The position numbers and the translations under genes were made by a program. From Octopus sinensis (Eukaryota), in assembly GCF_006345805.1 (NCBI RefSeq), contig NC_043005.1:69440001-69504000 (forward strand): 64,000 nt of DNA. Reading direction: 5' to 3'. This document shows positions 25,563-38,889 of the stretch, one piece after another. The notes beneath the pieces are model-generated. The model did no database searches. It had not been told where the DNA came from and worked only from the letters and a program-made list of their open reading frames with translations. Position 1 is the stretch's first letter. Every line of letters begins with the position of its first letter.

Positions 25563-25599
<37 letters not shown>

Positions 25600-25623
25600 T
25601 ATCATATATTATATTATCGTATA

Positions 25624-25685
25624 TTTGGCTGAAGACGAGAAAATTCTGTATTAATTCACTCAGAAATCGGCGCCGATTCGATAAT
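25624..25685 (+). ncRNA. Candidate type I hammerhead motif, partly decayed
   Basis: CTGAAGA..GAG-loop-CTC..GAAA followed by the 12-nt palindrome ATCGGCGCCGAT. Stem I and the pair closing stem II are imperfect. Confidence 0.4.
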
Positions 25686-25875
25686 AACTAAATGTTTTAG
25701 AAATTTCTGCCGGCTTGCTTCGAGACGCTTGCTTATAGTCATAAAAGTATATGGTTATTTACGATTTAAGTCTATCTTCGGCATGTTGGACATTGGAATC
25801 TATTTCTTTTGCTCTTCTTTATAAGTTATACACACGCACACATATACATACATACATATATATATATATACATAA

Positions 25876-25910
<35 letters not shown>

Positions 25911-26570
25911 AGTATATATATATATATATATATTTCGGATAGAAGGCTACAGAAATTAGTATTAATTATTTTCAATTTCCGTGTAAACAATGTAAATGAT
26001 TGCAACACAAAGTTGCAAATGCATCCGAAACATCAAGTTTATGTCTCCTCCAGCACAATTATGGCATTGTTGTCGTTTCCAACTTTGTGAAACTGCTTCA
26101 TAGATTTATGTTAAAAACCTCACAACTAATCTACAGTAAGTCATTACATTATGATATTCTATACAAACGAAAAATAAATTTTGATTCAATGGAAGATGTA
26201 CCATTTTTATGACCAAGACACATATGTATCTGCTAAATTGGTCAGATTATTCAAGCTGGAGAATCATTACGCATTCTGTCAAGCAAATGAAAGACATCAA
26301 TATGGATATATGTCTAACTGTTTCAGACTTATTCAGTTTTGGTGATGTCATGGAAATGTGTCGAGAGAATAAACGTTGATAATTCTATATTTTCATATTT
26401 GTAGATATTTCAATTTTTTTCCCGTCGAAAATCTGGTATGATGAATATTTATATCTATATTGTGTTGAGCATAGTTGCTCAGGTCTATTAGATAAACCAA
26501 GCATAACTTTGCTAACAGTCTCGATGGAAATATTACATTGACTCGTTTACATTAATGTACATTCTTCTCG

Positions 26571-26609
<39 letters not shown>

Positions 26610-26722
26610 ACTCGTAGACATATATCTACACACACACTTATATATATGTAGATGTAGAAATATATATGATATGGTATATATATGCATAGATTTATGTGTA
26701 TGTATATGCTTATTGTACATAC

Positions 26723-26793
<71 letters not shown>

Positions 26794-26834
26794 CATATGT
26801 ATACATATATATATATAGTATATATATATATATA

Positions 26835-26868
<34 letters not shown>

Positions 26869-27344
26869 ATGCGTGAGTTTATGTGTGTGGTATTTGTACA
26901 GGTACGCTCGATTTAATTCACGAGATGTCTAAACTTATTGTACTTCGTTCTTGAATTCTCCAGTGCTATTTAGTATATACTTGACGGTTTTCATCAGACA
27001 TTTAACGATTGCTATAATGTTTGCGCAAAACTAAGCATCATTGTCATGTATGTATTCCTTAAATGTAATATGTGTGAAACATTATTACTGTGAGGGCCCT
27101 TTTATATTTCGTTATTGGATCATATTTCGGAGGGGCACGTGATCCATTTCTGTTCGTAAGCAATTCATTGACGTTGATCTCTGTACGTTACGTGTATGTG
27201 TGTGTGACAAAGTCCAGAGTGTGTGTAGTTAAATTATTTTCTCAATCGCAATTAAATCACAAAATTCTCCACGTGAGATAGTCATTGACAGATTCATTTT
27301 ACATTTGTTAAGTTATTTGCTTGTGTTTATCATCACTAGAGGAT

Positions 27345-27522
27345 TATTCCAACTTATGTAAATGTTCATTATTTAGATTTGACAAATATTTATCCACATC
27401 TTGTGTCTTGATATAATATTTGTGCTCATCAAGTGTCTTGGGAAAATTTCGAAGACGGGTTCTCATTCCTAAGGTATTTTTCGATGTTGTTGTTGTTGTT
27501 GCTGTTGTTATAATTAATATTA

Positions 27523-27594
<72 letters not shown>

Positions 27595-27713
27595 TCACTG
27601 CTTGGAATTGAAATCGGTATCTTGGGGTTAGTACCTTGCGCTTTTAACCCCTATGTCATATTCCCGTGGTCAATTACGGGGTGAATTTTCGGGTTTATAG
27701 ATATAATATTCTC
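27345..27713 (-). mobile_element. PLE 3'/pLTR module, uninterrupted: tRNA-like cassette, (TAA)n/(CAA)n, decayed hammerhead
   Basis: The minus strand runs from the GIY-YIG stop into GGGAATATGACATAGGGGTTAAAAGCGC..CAGTGACCTG, then (AAT)n, then AACATCGAAAAATACCTTAGGAATGAGAACCC..CAAGACACTTGATGAG. Confidence 0.75.
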
Positions 27714-28200
27714 CTATGCTTCCTTAATACCAGTTCCCATATGCTATTCATATCTGCACTTGGTATGTTTAGGAGTTTGTTGTGTCCTAGCGTATGTGCT
27801 GCTTCGTTTAGTTTTCGTGTTTTCCATTGATATTGTTTCTCTATTATTTTAACTTCATCCCACAAGGAAAGGTGTTCTCCATTCTACCATACATGATCAG
27901 CTATCAACGATTCATGAATATCTGCTCATGTCACAGGTTTGCGATATTCCTCTACCTTTATTTTGAGTGGGCAGCATGTTTCGCCTTTGTATAACTTACC
28001 ACAGCTGAATGGGATGGAGTACACGCAGTTTTTGGTTATATTCTCTTCTATTGGTGATTTTACCCGAAACAGTTATCTGCGAAGTGTTGTATTACACTTG
28101 AATACTGTCCTGATGCCATATGGACAGCATATCTTTTTTATCTTTTCAGGGGCCTTTCACATAAGGTAGACAGACTGCGAATGATATGCAGATGTTCCTC
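27714..28200 (-). pseudogene. Penelope-like element linker and GIY-YIG endonuclease, disrupted
   Basis: Manual translation: VCLPYVKG / ICCPYGIRTVFK / KNCVYSIPFSCGKLYKGETCCPLKIKVEEYR / IADHVW*NGEHLSLWDEVKII..RKLNEAAH..SIWELVLRKA*. Confidence 0.85.
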
Positions 28201-28372
28201 GAGAGCTTAGTTTCGACTACATTTCTGATACTGAGTAGCACTATGCTATTTTGGAGTATGGTACAAAACAAAGGTACCACAAAACATTCTGAACGACTGC
28301 TCTTTACCACACGAGCTTAATTCTTCATACGATAACATGTCATTCCTTAATACATGAGTCATCAATATCCGT

Positions 28373-28405
<33 letters not shown>

Positions 28406-29016
28406 CATGTTTATATATATATAATATATATATATAATATATATATATATATATTATATATATATATATATATATATGTATATGTACTCATATCTATCTA
28501 CCTATCTATCTATCTATCTCCTTATCTTTCAATGTATCTCTTTCCTTCTCTCTCTGTACATATATTCTTATGTGTTCGTCCCCTTAACAATGGTGGTGTG
28601 TTTAAAAAAATAATCCAGGTAATCTGGCAACAATAGTTCCAAACACAGAAAACAAATATCTATGAGACCAAAAGTTCTCCGAAACACAACCGCAATTTCT
28701 GATGTTACATCAAACACTCCATTTACATTTTAAGTTAAGACTCATGTTCCAGTCCCTAGAAATTCATCTTATTCGCAAAATACTTTCACATTAATCTATT
28801 ATTACTTACTTTCATGTAATATGATTACAAGTATTCGTATTAGAATTTGGTGACATATTGTAAATAAATGTTAAAAAGTATGTTATGTAATATTGAAATA
28901 GCTTTTAAGAATATTTATTGTAACGAAATTAATGGGCATCAAGATACATTCCAATCCAAGGCTTATGAATACATTTGAGTACCGTACAGACGGGGCCAAA
29001 GGCCGGCAGGCTCTCG

Positions 29017-29081
<65 letters not shown>

Positions 29082-29083
<2 letters not shown>

Positions 29084-29655
29084 CGTTTAACGTCCGCTTT
29101 CCATGCTAGCATGGGTTGGACAATTTTGACTGCAGGCTGGCGAACAAGAGGGCTGTACCAGACTTCAGTCTTGATCTGGCAGAGTTTCTACACGTGGATG
29201 CCCTTCCTTACGCCAACCCCTCCAAAAGTGTAGTGGGTGCTTTTTACGTGCCACCGTCACGAAAGCCAGTAAGGCGACGCTGGTACCGATCATACTCGAA
29301 TGGTGCCCTTTTATGTGCCACTGGCACGGAAGCCGGTTAGCCTCTGTCAACGATCACCGTCGTATGGTTCTCTTTGCACCCCGCTAGAACAGATGCCAGT
29401 CATCGAATTTGATTTCGATTTCACTTGCCTCAACAGGTCTTCGCAAGCAGAATTTAGTGTCCAAAGAAGGAAGAGGTACGCATAAGCGGGCTGGTTACGC
29501 TCTTGTCTTATGCCACAGGTTATGGTCTCATTTGGCTTGCCGGGTCTTCTCAAGCACAGCATATTTCCAAAAGTCTTGGTCGCTAGTCATTTCCTTTGTG
29601 AGGCCTAATGTTCGAAGGTCGTGCTTCACCACTTCATCCCAGGTCTTCCTGGGAG
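29082..29655 (-). mobile_element. 3' end of RTE-clade LINE (ORF tail and 3' UTR)
   Basis: PRKTWDEVVKHDLRTLGLTKEMTSDQDFWKYAVLEKTR matches the RTE C-terminal pattern GRPrkTW..v..Dl..lgl......DR..W. Confidence 0.8.
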
Positions 29656-29689
29656 AATTCACAAAAAAAGCAAAAGCCGAAGACAGGTG

Positions 29690-29930
29690 GTGTACACAAC
29701 GAATAGATGTATTAGTATAACGCTCGGGATGTGAAAAAGTATTTAACGTTTCGAGCCTACGCTCTTCCACAAAAAGGAACATAGAAACAAAGAGAGAAAA
29801 TAAATAATATCTAGTGGCTACTAATCTATCGTAGTGAAGGCCGGATAGAAGGGTAACGCAGGAGAGCTAGGGAGAAGGGGAGATATCAAAGTGGTGGTTA
29901 TTCCAAAACGAGCTGCACGTGCGTGTGTAT
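29690..29930 (-). mobile_element. PLE-type pLTR fragment with hammerhead half-motif
   Basis: Minus strand GTGGA-A-GAGC GTAG GCTC-GAAAC-GT-T at 29741-29775. Stem II and GAAAC are intact; the first core box is mutated. Confidence 0.5.
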
Positions 29931-30104
29931 AAGAGAGATTTTATATGAGTGTGGAAGAGGGTTGGTGATTTTGACGTGTGCGTGGTGGTGTGTTGTGACG
30001 TGATATGTTGTGTGGTATGCTGGTGTAAGGTGTAGGGTTGTGTAGTGTGGTGTTATAGTGTTGGGAGGTATGGGAGGCGTAAATGGTTAAAGCAAAATCT
30101 CTAT

Positions 30105-30435
<331 letters not shown>

Positions 30436-31165
30436 GCCTACGCACATGTTTGTGTGAGAGTGTGTTTGATTTCGGGGAAAAATATTTTAAGCATTTAAAT
30501 TGAATGTGTATAGTAATTTTTTTCTGTATTCATTTGTGAAAAACGAACGCTGCTGATATGTCAATTCTCTGAAGGAAATAATCATTTCTTTAATAGTTGT
30601 TCTATTTCAAATATTTGCGTGGTAAATACATTATTTTATGGAGAGTGAATGTCAATAAATTTTAATTTTAAATTACCTTCCATTTCAATTTATGTTTTAT
30701 TATTTCAGGTGCAAGAAAACCATGTTAAATATATTTGGTTATATATCAGTCGTTATGCCTACACTAACTAACATTGCAGTAAATGTGAAGTATTAACAGG
30801 CCTATTCAATATTATATCATTTGTACGGCAACGTTAGATATTAGATTTTGCTAATATGTTTTGAAATAATGTTTCAGTATTTATGTATTTGCAATCACAG
30901 AAAATAAACACAATTTTGGCAAATGCACATGTACTGATTAGATAACTTCTTTCTCAAATCATAACTACCGGCTATAATATAGCAATAAGTACCATAAGAC
31001 CGGACATAGATATATGACGTACTTGCATATCCCCTCACATTAAACGTGATTTCCACAAACTGTATTTTAGAAAGATAGTAACCTCAAATGAGAACGACCT
31101 GATTAGTTGGATGCGAGTCACTTATGCTTTTCTGATTTTACAATCTACTAGTAACGTTATATATA

Positions 31166-31365
31166 CTCTTTTACTTGTTTCAGTCATTTGACTGCGGCCA
31201 GGCTGGAGCACCACCTTTAGTCGAGCAAATCGACCCCGGGACTTATTGTTTTGTAAGCCCAGTACTTATTCTATCGGTCTGTTTTGCCGCACCGCTAAGT
31301 GATGGGGACATAAACACACCAGCATCGGTTGTCAAGCAATGCTAGGGGGACAAACACACACACAA

Positions 31366-31435
<70 letters not shown>

Positions 31436-31500
31436 TATATATGTACATATATACGACAGGCTTCTTTCAGTTTCCGTCTACCAAATCCACTCACAAGGCA
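31166..31500 (-). mobile_element. SINE family 1 with internal (TA)n/(TG)n expansion, head missing
   Basis: Body and tail align with 775-857 and 11945-12120. Internal microsatellite at 31352-31452. Confidence 0.85.
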
Positions 31501-33430
31501 TTATATATATATAAAACTATGAATAATTGTTGTTTTCATTCTCTTTGGAATTACTTGTTTCATTGTTTGGGTTTGGCTGCCCTCTGTAAACTTTAAGGCG
31601 TCTTGCAAAGTGCCACCTCTCTGTGTATGAATACTATACACTTATGTATATATGTATATATGTATATATACGAGAGTGAGAGGGAGAGAGATTTGAGTAA
31701 ATAAGAACTGTACAGGATCGAATTATATCAAAATATACCACGTTAGAGTAATTGGCTAGACAGAATGACGCAATCAGTTTCAGTAATCCATTACTATAGA
31801 ACTGAATGCATTGGTGTAACGTGGTTATCGGTTATTTGGTAATCTTTAAATATAACAGTATTAAAAAATATTCACAGATGAATGGAATCTTGTTCCTGTA
31901 ATAAAAGTGTAATAAAGGCAAATGAATGTATTATCTAGTACAGCGACAATTGCTTCATTACGGGTCATTGATCTGACTTCAAAATGGTAATGTCTGGAAT
32001 GCTGTGTGAATGAGATCAGTACGATTGCCTAATATATTATGCAACTCTTAACTCATCAGTCGAATCAAAAATCATGAAGCGAGTTGTATCATGTTGAACA
32101 ATCAACAAGTGAAATTTCTAATCAAAACTGCCTGAAGTGTGAAGCATGTGAGACTACAATATGTCAATCCGGGGGCGGATAGCAGAATTAGGATTTAAAT
32201 AAAAAAAATATGAAAAGCCGTTTGTATTCTAAATGTATCATTAAAATTAGCAACCTCGCTCGTAACTGCTGGTCTTGGCAAATTCTATGATTTTTAGTAT
32301 ATTTGTCGTTCCTTATAATCTCATAAAGTCTTTTAACATTTGTCAACATCTATGGCTTTTAAAATTCTCTATATTTCTCATAAATTCTTGTCACATTGTT
32401 TTATTACACACCATAAACTTACAATGTTACAGACGTCATCAAGCTTATCTACTGAATCTATGTGATTTTAAGTGGTTGGATTAATTCTCAACTATATTGT
32501 AATATTATTGCTATTGTAAGTTATGATTTTTAGGTGTCGTTGTTTTTGAAAATGGTAGTTGTGTACTTCCTTATTATATTATTTCTGGCGTTTCATCTCG
32601 TAGCTTCATTACAGCAAAATAACTGATATTTCAATCTCGATATTTAGCTCACAAATTTTATAACTAATATACACATATATATTTATGTTCAGACTGAATA
32701 TTGCCTAAAGTACCCTTATTTGTCTAGTATACACATTTATTTGTTTATACCAAGGCGGTCTTCCTTTCAATGTGCTAACCATTTTAACTATTTGATATAC
32801 CCTATTCTGTTTCTACTTAAGTATCTGTAGGCTATGATTGCTGGCTCTGTAATTATGGTTATATCCATATATTTTTCATTTATATTTTCATTTTATATTC
32901 CTTCCGCTACTCATTTACCCTTCGTCTCTGAAATCTCCAAGAGACGTTTGTTCTTCTCCGAAACTTTCATTGTGTTATTTTCCCAGAAATATGATTGGGC
33001 GGAACATGACTATATTATTCTATTAGCACTGCAATAGACAATCTGAGATGCTTAATCAATATTAATTAAGGAAATGAAAATGTACCGCTGGAGTTTATTA
33101 ACCATATGATTCCGTGACGTGCTAAACAACATAACACAGTAAACATTTTAGTAAAAAAAAAAAAAAACGTCAGCAGCCGCCTTAGAACATATTTTGATAT
33201 GGTCAAATGTTTGTCATAGCGCCTGCTGTCAACTGGTATGCAACGCCTTTAATACCAACCTTTCTAGGTATAGTTGCAAGTTCTAATGATATATTTAGAA
33301 GAGAAATAGATCTTAACTATTTTTCTATATAAAACGTTATTCTCCTTTCCAAAGTAGTGACTGAAAGATTCTATTCCCACTCATTTTGCATTCCTTCGAT
33401 GTTTCGATTTCCCATTAGTAATTTCACCAC

Positions 33431-33472
<42 letters not shown>

Positions 33473-34028
33473 GAGTGAGCGAGCAGAGCATGCCATCAAA
33501 GTGACACTGGGGTAAAATATACAAAGCCCAGTATACTCATCATGAAGATCCGTCTGATAAAGGTACACCAGGCACATGCATCATAACCATATGTGCGCGA
33601 CATGGTGATCTCATATCAAGATAAACAGCACATGACCTTGCAGGTGGAGCCCAGTTAGAATTTTCTTCAGATCGAGTAACCCATCCCGCTCAAAAGGTCC
33701 CTGAATAAGGGTTGTTTAAGGACGTTGAACGTAACACCCATGTTTCCAGAGGTGAATTATTCAAACCCCAAAGAATCCTTCTCGACACATGGCTATGATG
33801 CTCCCCCACTACTTCTGCTCGTGATCAGAGATGCACATATCGTCAGCCACTAAGGGACATGCTCAACTGGTTAAGGTCAAACAACTGACAAGCAAATCTG
33901 TGGTATTGAGCAGAATATTTGCTGTAGCCCATATTTTATACCAAGACAAAACAATGTACATGATAACACGTCCAGTCAGTTAAGATCAGAAGCCATGAGA
34001 GCCACTGCCTGGTACTGCATCAGGGCAT
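33473..34028 (-). mobile_element. ~555-bp non-coding interspersed element embedded in a TAA microsatellite, copy 1
   Basis: Collinear end to end with 41433-41985 (roughly 85% identity by eye). (TTA)n on both sides. Strand inferred from the TAA-sense convention only. Confidence 0.8.
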
Positions 34029-34054
34029 TATTATTATAATTATAATTATAATTA

Positions 34055-34111
<57 letters not shown>

Positions 34112-34269
34112 ACAAATGGTAGTTGCAGGAAAATTATATGCTCTTTACAATCTGTAAATAATCCGGATGATTATATAAAATTCAGTACATTCGTTGGCAG
34201 CGTTCATCTGTATAGCTAAACCATGATATTCCCGAGTGAATACATATATAATTCACTTGCCTCTGTCGC

Positions 34270-35065
34270 TTTTTTTTTCGTTTTTATTTTCTGTAGTTTC
34301 AGCTCAGAGCTGCGGCCATGCTGATGCACCACCATGTTGCTACACTATTGTTACTGAGAAACTCTCCAATATGTGGTACCTGATGAAGAATAGAGTTTGA
34401 TGTAGCTCCCCTCATTTGCACGTCTTGCTGTGAGGTAGGTTCATCTGGGACTCTCGACAGGTAGAGGTCCAGCTATGATTTAAAAACGCCTACATCTACT
34501 TTGTGCAGGTTTCTCAAGCTCTTTGGGAGACTATTAAAAGGCTGTGTGTCCCTGAAACCCAGGCTGTTGCAGTAACTGGTCTTCAATCGCGATGGCGTTG
34601 CTGGGATCTCTAGCACGATACAGTGTCGTCCCGTCTTGGCATTGGTGTAGCTATCAATGCCAAAATTTGGCACAATTCTTTCCAGGATCTTCCAGATATA
34701 TATTACTGCATCCCTCCTCCGCCTTCTCTCCAGGGAGTAGAGTCTTAGTTGTTTCAGACTTTCCCAGTAGCTGCGCAGTAGCAAAGAGACGATCTTCTTT
34801 GTGAATGTTCTCTGCATTGCTTCAAATTCCGCTGTTAATTGCATACTTGTGGGTGACCTCAGCCGGGAGATGTAATCCAGGCGGCTGAGGATGAATGTTC
34901 TCCAGAGGACCATCATAGTTTCCTTATCTCTGCTTCTGAATGTTCTCAGGATCCATCCAGCCAGTCGTCTGCAATTTGTCGCCATCCTGGTAATGTGCAC
35001 TTGGGAAGAGGTATCATCACTCATGTGGATACCCAGGTCCTTCACTGATTTAGGCTCTGTGAACC
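34270..35065 (-). mobile_element. 5'-truncated CR1/L2-group LINE (RT C-terminus and 3' tail)
   Basis: KDLGIHMSDD, GWILRTF, ILSRLDY, QRTFTKKI, LRLYSLERRR, FNSLPKSLR. The reading continues past a premature stop as LDLYLSRVPDEP. The N-terminal part of ORF 34473..35258 is flanking DNA. Confidence 0.85.
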
Positions 35066-35656
35066 AGTGTACCCTGTAAGTTTCATATTCAGTTTTGGAA
35101 GCTTTCATTGTTTTCTTACAGTTTTGATTCATGTTTGATGTTTTGCTAGTTTCAAATTTTGATTTTAAATCTACTGAAGTAAAAAGATAAATTGAAGTAC
35201 ACAAAACGTATTGCAACATTTTGTATGCAGTCCCAATTAATAACCTGTTAATATGCACCTAGACTCTTATAATTACTAAGAAATATTTCAAAATAAATTG
35301 TACCGACATGTATTATGCAATTACACATATATCGCAAGATAGCAGTTCATTAAATATAGTTAATCTGTAAGTATGGATACGGAAACATCTGAGGTTTCAA
35401 ATCTTACAAAATAATATGTATATATTTGTACGTGTGTGTATGTGTTTCGGTGTGCATGTATATATATATATACTCACACCCACACACATATACATATATA
35501 CATATATATAACTTATAAAATACGATATTTTATATGTTATTTATTAATTTAACCTTTAAAGGTATTTTTTAATATGCTGGTGGCCAATGGAAAATTGTTT
35601 TTTCGAAAAAATGTTATCCTACGTTATATGTATACATATATATATATATGTGTGTG

Positions 35657-35701
<45 letters not shown>

Positions 35702-35923
35702 TGTGTGTGTATGTGTGACAATTGGTTGTTTTTCATAGCGTTTTTGATTGTCTTAATAACTAATGAGATGCCGGAGCAGACTTCAGCCCCGCCAGTGAAA
35801 TGTGTACCCTACAAAAGTAATCGAATAACTCTTCAGATTCATTTAAGGTTATTTTTATCATGGCTGAACATTACAAAAATCCCAATGTGTATATCTCTTT
35901 CTCTTTCTATCTATCTATCTATA

Positions 35924-36005
<82 letters not shown>

Positions 36006-36689
36006 AAAGTAAACAAAAATGGACCAAGAAGGTAACAGGCGACAGCAACCCATTCGGAAAATTAGACATTACAAAGAAAAGGACAAGGAAAAACAAGGAC
36101 AGGTCATTCGGCGCTTTCTATCCTCAGTCGAGTCCCAGATTATCTCAGCCGTTTCGGCCGGTTTCACTCGAGACTGATCCAATCTGGGCGACCCGAAGAG
36201 AATCTAAGCTAAGTGCGCTAGATTCCTTGGGAGAAAGCAGGCGAATATATACAAAACCACGGACTAAAACAAAAACGGAGAAATAGTACACAAATACAAA
36301 TACAAACTTCAGGACAGAACAATAGGCTTTTTTCAACTAAGGTCGAATTACATTAAGCTGGCGTGTGTGGAAGTGAAGTCTTACGGCAGTGACATTGTGT
36401 CTGATAGTCATGGGAAAGAATGTAAGCGATGCTACACAGATGGTAGTCGAACCAGGAAAGAAAGGTCAGGCATGGCAGAACACCGGTTACGTCGTAGTAG
36501 ATGAGCGATTGAAGAATTATGGAGAGGCGAGAAAGAGAGAAAGAGAAAGGAAAGACAGAGAGTGAGGTAAAAGAGAGGGGAAAGTGAGAATGAAGGGAAG
36601 GCCAAGAAATGTGAGGGTGGCGAGAAAATGATACGAGGAAAGAACGGAGAAAATATGAAGAGGCTAAGAGAAAGAGTATGAGAGTTCTA

Positions 36690-36920
36690 CATCATACACT
36701 CCTATATATATATAAAGCTCAACGAGGCTCCGGCAGTGGGTGGCGGCCATCCCTGCTTACCCTTTCGTCACAACTTTTTCTCACTCTTTCTTCTGTTGGC
36801 CTTCTCGCTTACCCAGCGGGGTGGCGTCATTTGAAGGCTAAAACAATGCGAAGCGCACTGTGACCAGCGATGTGCAGCAACATCTGATAGCCTGGTCGGT
36901 CACGGTGATCAGAGTGATAT
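36690..36920 (+). mobile_element. Probable retroelement 3' end with nested stem-loops (class unresolved)
   Basis: GC-rich island ending in GTGACCAGC-GATGT GCAGCA ACATC-..CTGGTCGGTCAC. Single copy in the window. Confidence 0.35.
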
Positions 36921-38889
36921 AAATGTAGACACACACACAAATATATTGTACATCTACACACATACGCAAATATATGTATGTGTTTACGTATTTGAATTAT
37001 TCGAATCTGTTTAAATCTGTCTCGAAATGAATTCCAACAAGAGTTGAATTTTTGATAGCGTTGTGTCAGTCTAATTAATAATTATTTCTATTCAATCAAA
37101 TTAAAATTTAAAGCTACAAAGGCAGCATATATTTTTAAAATTTAACGTAATAACATAGGTTAAATAGACATTTATACACACACACACACTCATATATATA
37201 TATATATTCTTGTTCATGTTTTTCAGTCAGAACCACTATAACTGTATTCGTAAAAGCATACCACCAACAGAGATGAAACTGTAAATTTAACGCCGACAAA
37301 AGTATTGAATCATATGCTGTCAGTTAGCGTATATCTTGCAATATCATTCATTTACATTTTTCATGGTTATATCCTAACTTGCTTTGTAGTTTCATATTAC
37401 TTATTACGAGTTTACTAATACAATATTTCAATAACTCTATATGCCTTTCTATTCGAGTGTAGATGATATTTATTATTCATTATTATCGTCCTCATTGTCG
37501 GTCTAAAATTTACAATCCCATTTGGACATTGGCAGTGTAATCAACAATCCTAGTTTCAGTTATTGGATTTCCTCAAAGGAACACAGAAAATCGTTGAAAC
37601 AATCTCTTTATCCATTAACCTAACTTATTTAACCTGAACATTTTGCTGCGATGCACCAACTTCTCAATTAGCAGTATATTTATGTTATACATTCGTAACC
37701 AGTTTGGGAATTCATACTCCATGAACGAATCACTTTATATTTTACACCCACTCATTGTACCTACTGATATTACTCACAGAATACAGATTTTGGTTCCAAA
37801 TTCTGTTTAATATATATCTACATCTTTGAACAAGCTCTTTAAACAAGCGAAGTCTACTGTCATTCAAATATTCAAATTGACCTAATTTCTCAAAGAAATT
37901 TCATACCTTTCTGCCATTTATTACGACGATTATTGTACCATAAGATAGATATTCGAAGTACCACGGTCGAAATACTCCATACAGACTTTGACTAGAAACT
38001 CTCAGATATATTATTATTTACATTTTTCATACAGTAATTTTCGAGAAAAAGTTTTCAAATATATATTCCTTCCTCTACACCGGTCGAGATATGCAATTAC
38101 CCACGAATGCTGCACTTTCAAATAAACCGATGTCATATTCGCCATGAATCTACTAGAGTTGAGCTGAGTAAGATGTTTACTTCAGTATTTTAACGTAAAA
38201 CATTGGTTTCTAGAGTGAAAGTTATTGTCCAGTTTGTTGTTGAAAGAGCGTTCCCTAATCTTAGATATTATTCTGAAAAATGTGGCCTGATTATGTTTTC
38301 CACATCACATAATCTTAATAAATCACAGCCATTTATCCAGCTCATTTTAACATTAATTGGCGCAAGTCGTATGCGTAAAATTCACTGAATAGCACTAATT
38401 ACCGATTACGATGCAGTAGTAAAGAGACGAAAGTTCTGGAACTGTCAGATGAAAAATAGATCTGTTGTGAGGTATACAGTTCAATATTTACAAAAATTAA
38501 TCCCTAAAACCTCATATCGATGTTTTAACCTCGTTATAATATTCTTTGCAACAAATTTGTATCCTAATTTTCACTACTTTTTGAAATGTGGCCTTTAAGT
38601 AATTGCCATCGTGAAATTGTTCTGGCTTTTGCTGGTGATTTTTTTTCCTGTCAGCTTTTGTATCGTCTATCTGCCCGGACGTTTTATTGTCCTCTATTGC
38701 GTTTGTGTTCCATTTTTTAATATTTATATATACATATAGCGACGTACGTACACCTTTGCTCAAATTATATATACATAAGAAGGTAGATAGTTTGGTAGAT
38801 AGATATATTGATTGATTGATTGATAGATAGATAAATAGATAGATACATACATACATTTATGTATACCCATTTATATGAATCATTGCTTT

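Noticed and set aside
30700-30790. Acceptor plus ATG (MLNIFGYISVV..) as a first coding exon
   Set aside because: Isolated signal with a weak donor, no partner exon and no homology evidence.
33473-34028. HDV-like ribozyme at the 5' end of the 555-bp element
   Set aside because: A P1 candidate (GCCCTGA/TCAGGGA) lacks the correct G1 partner, and no P3/L3 motif precedes it.
36128-36197. Hairpin with CCGAAACG on the minus strand as a hammerhead
   Set aside because: No CUGANGA box can be placed consistently with the stems.
35648-36286. 212-aa ORF
   Set aside because: It spans (GT)n, (TATC)n and (TA)n tracts plus a repeat fragment, with no recognisable domain.
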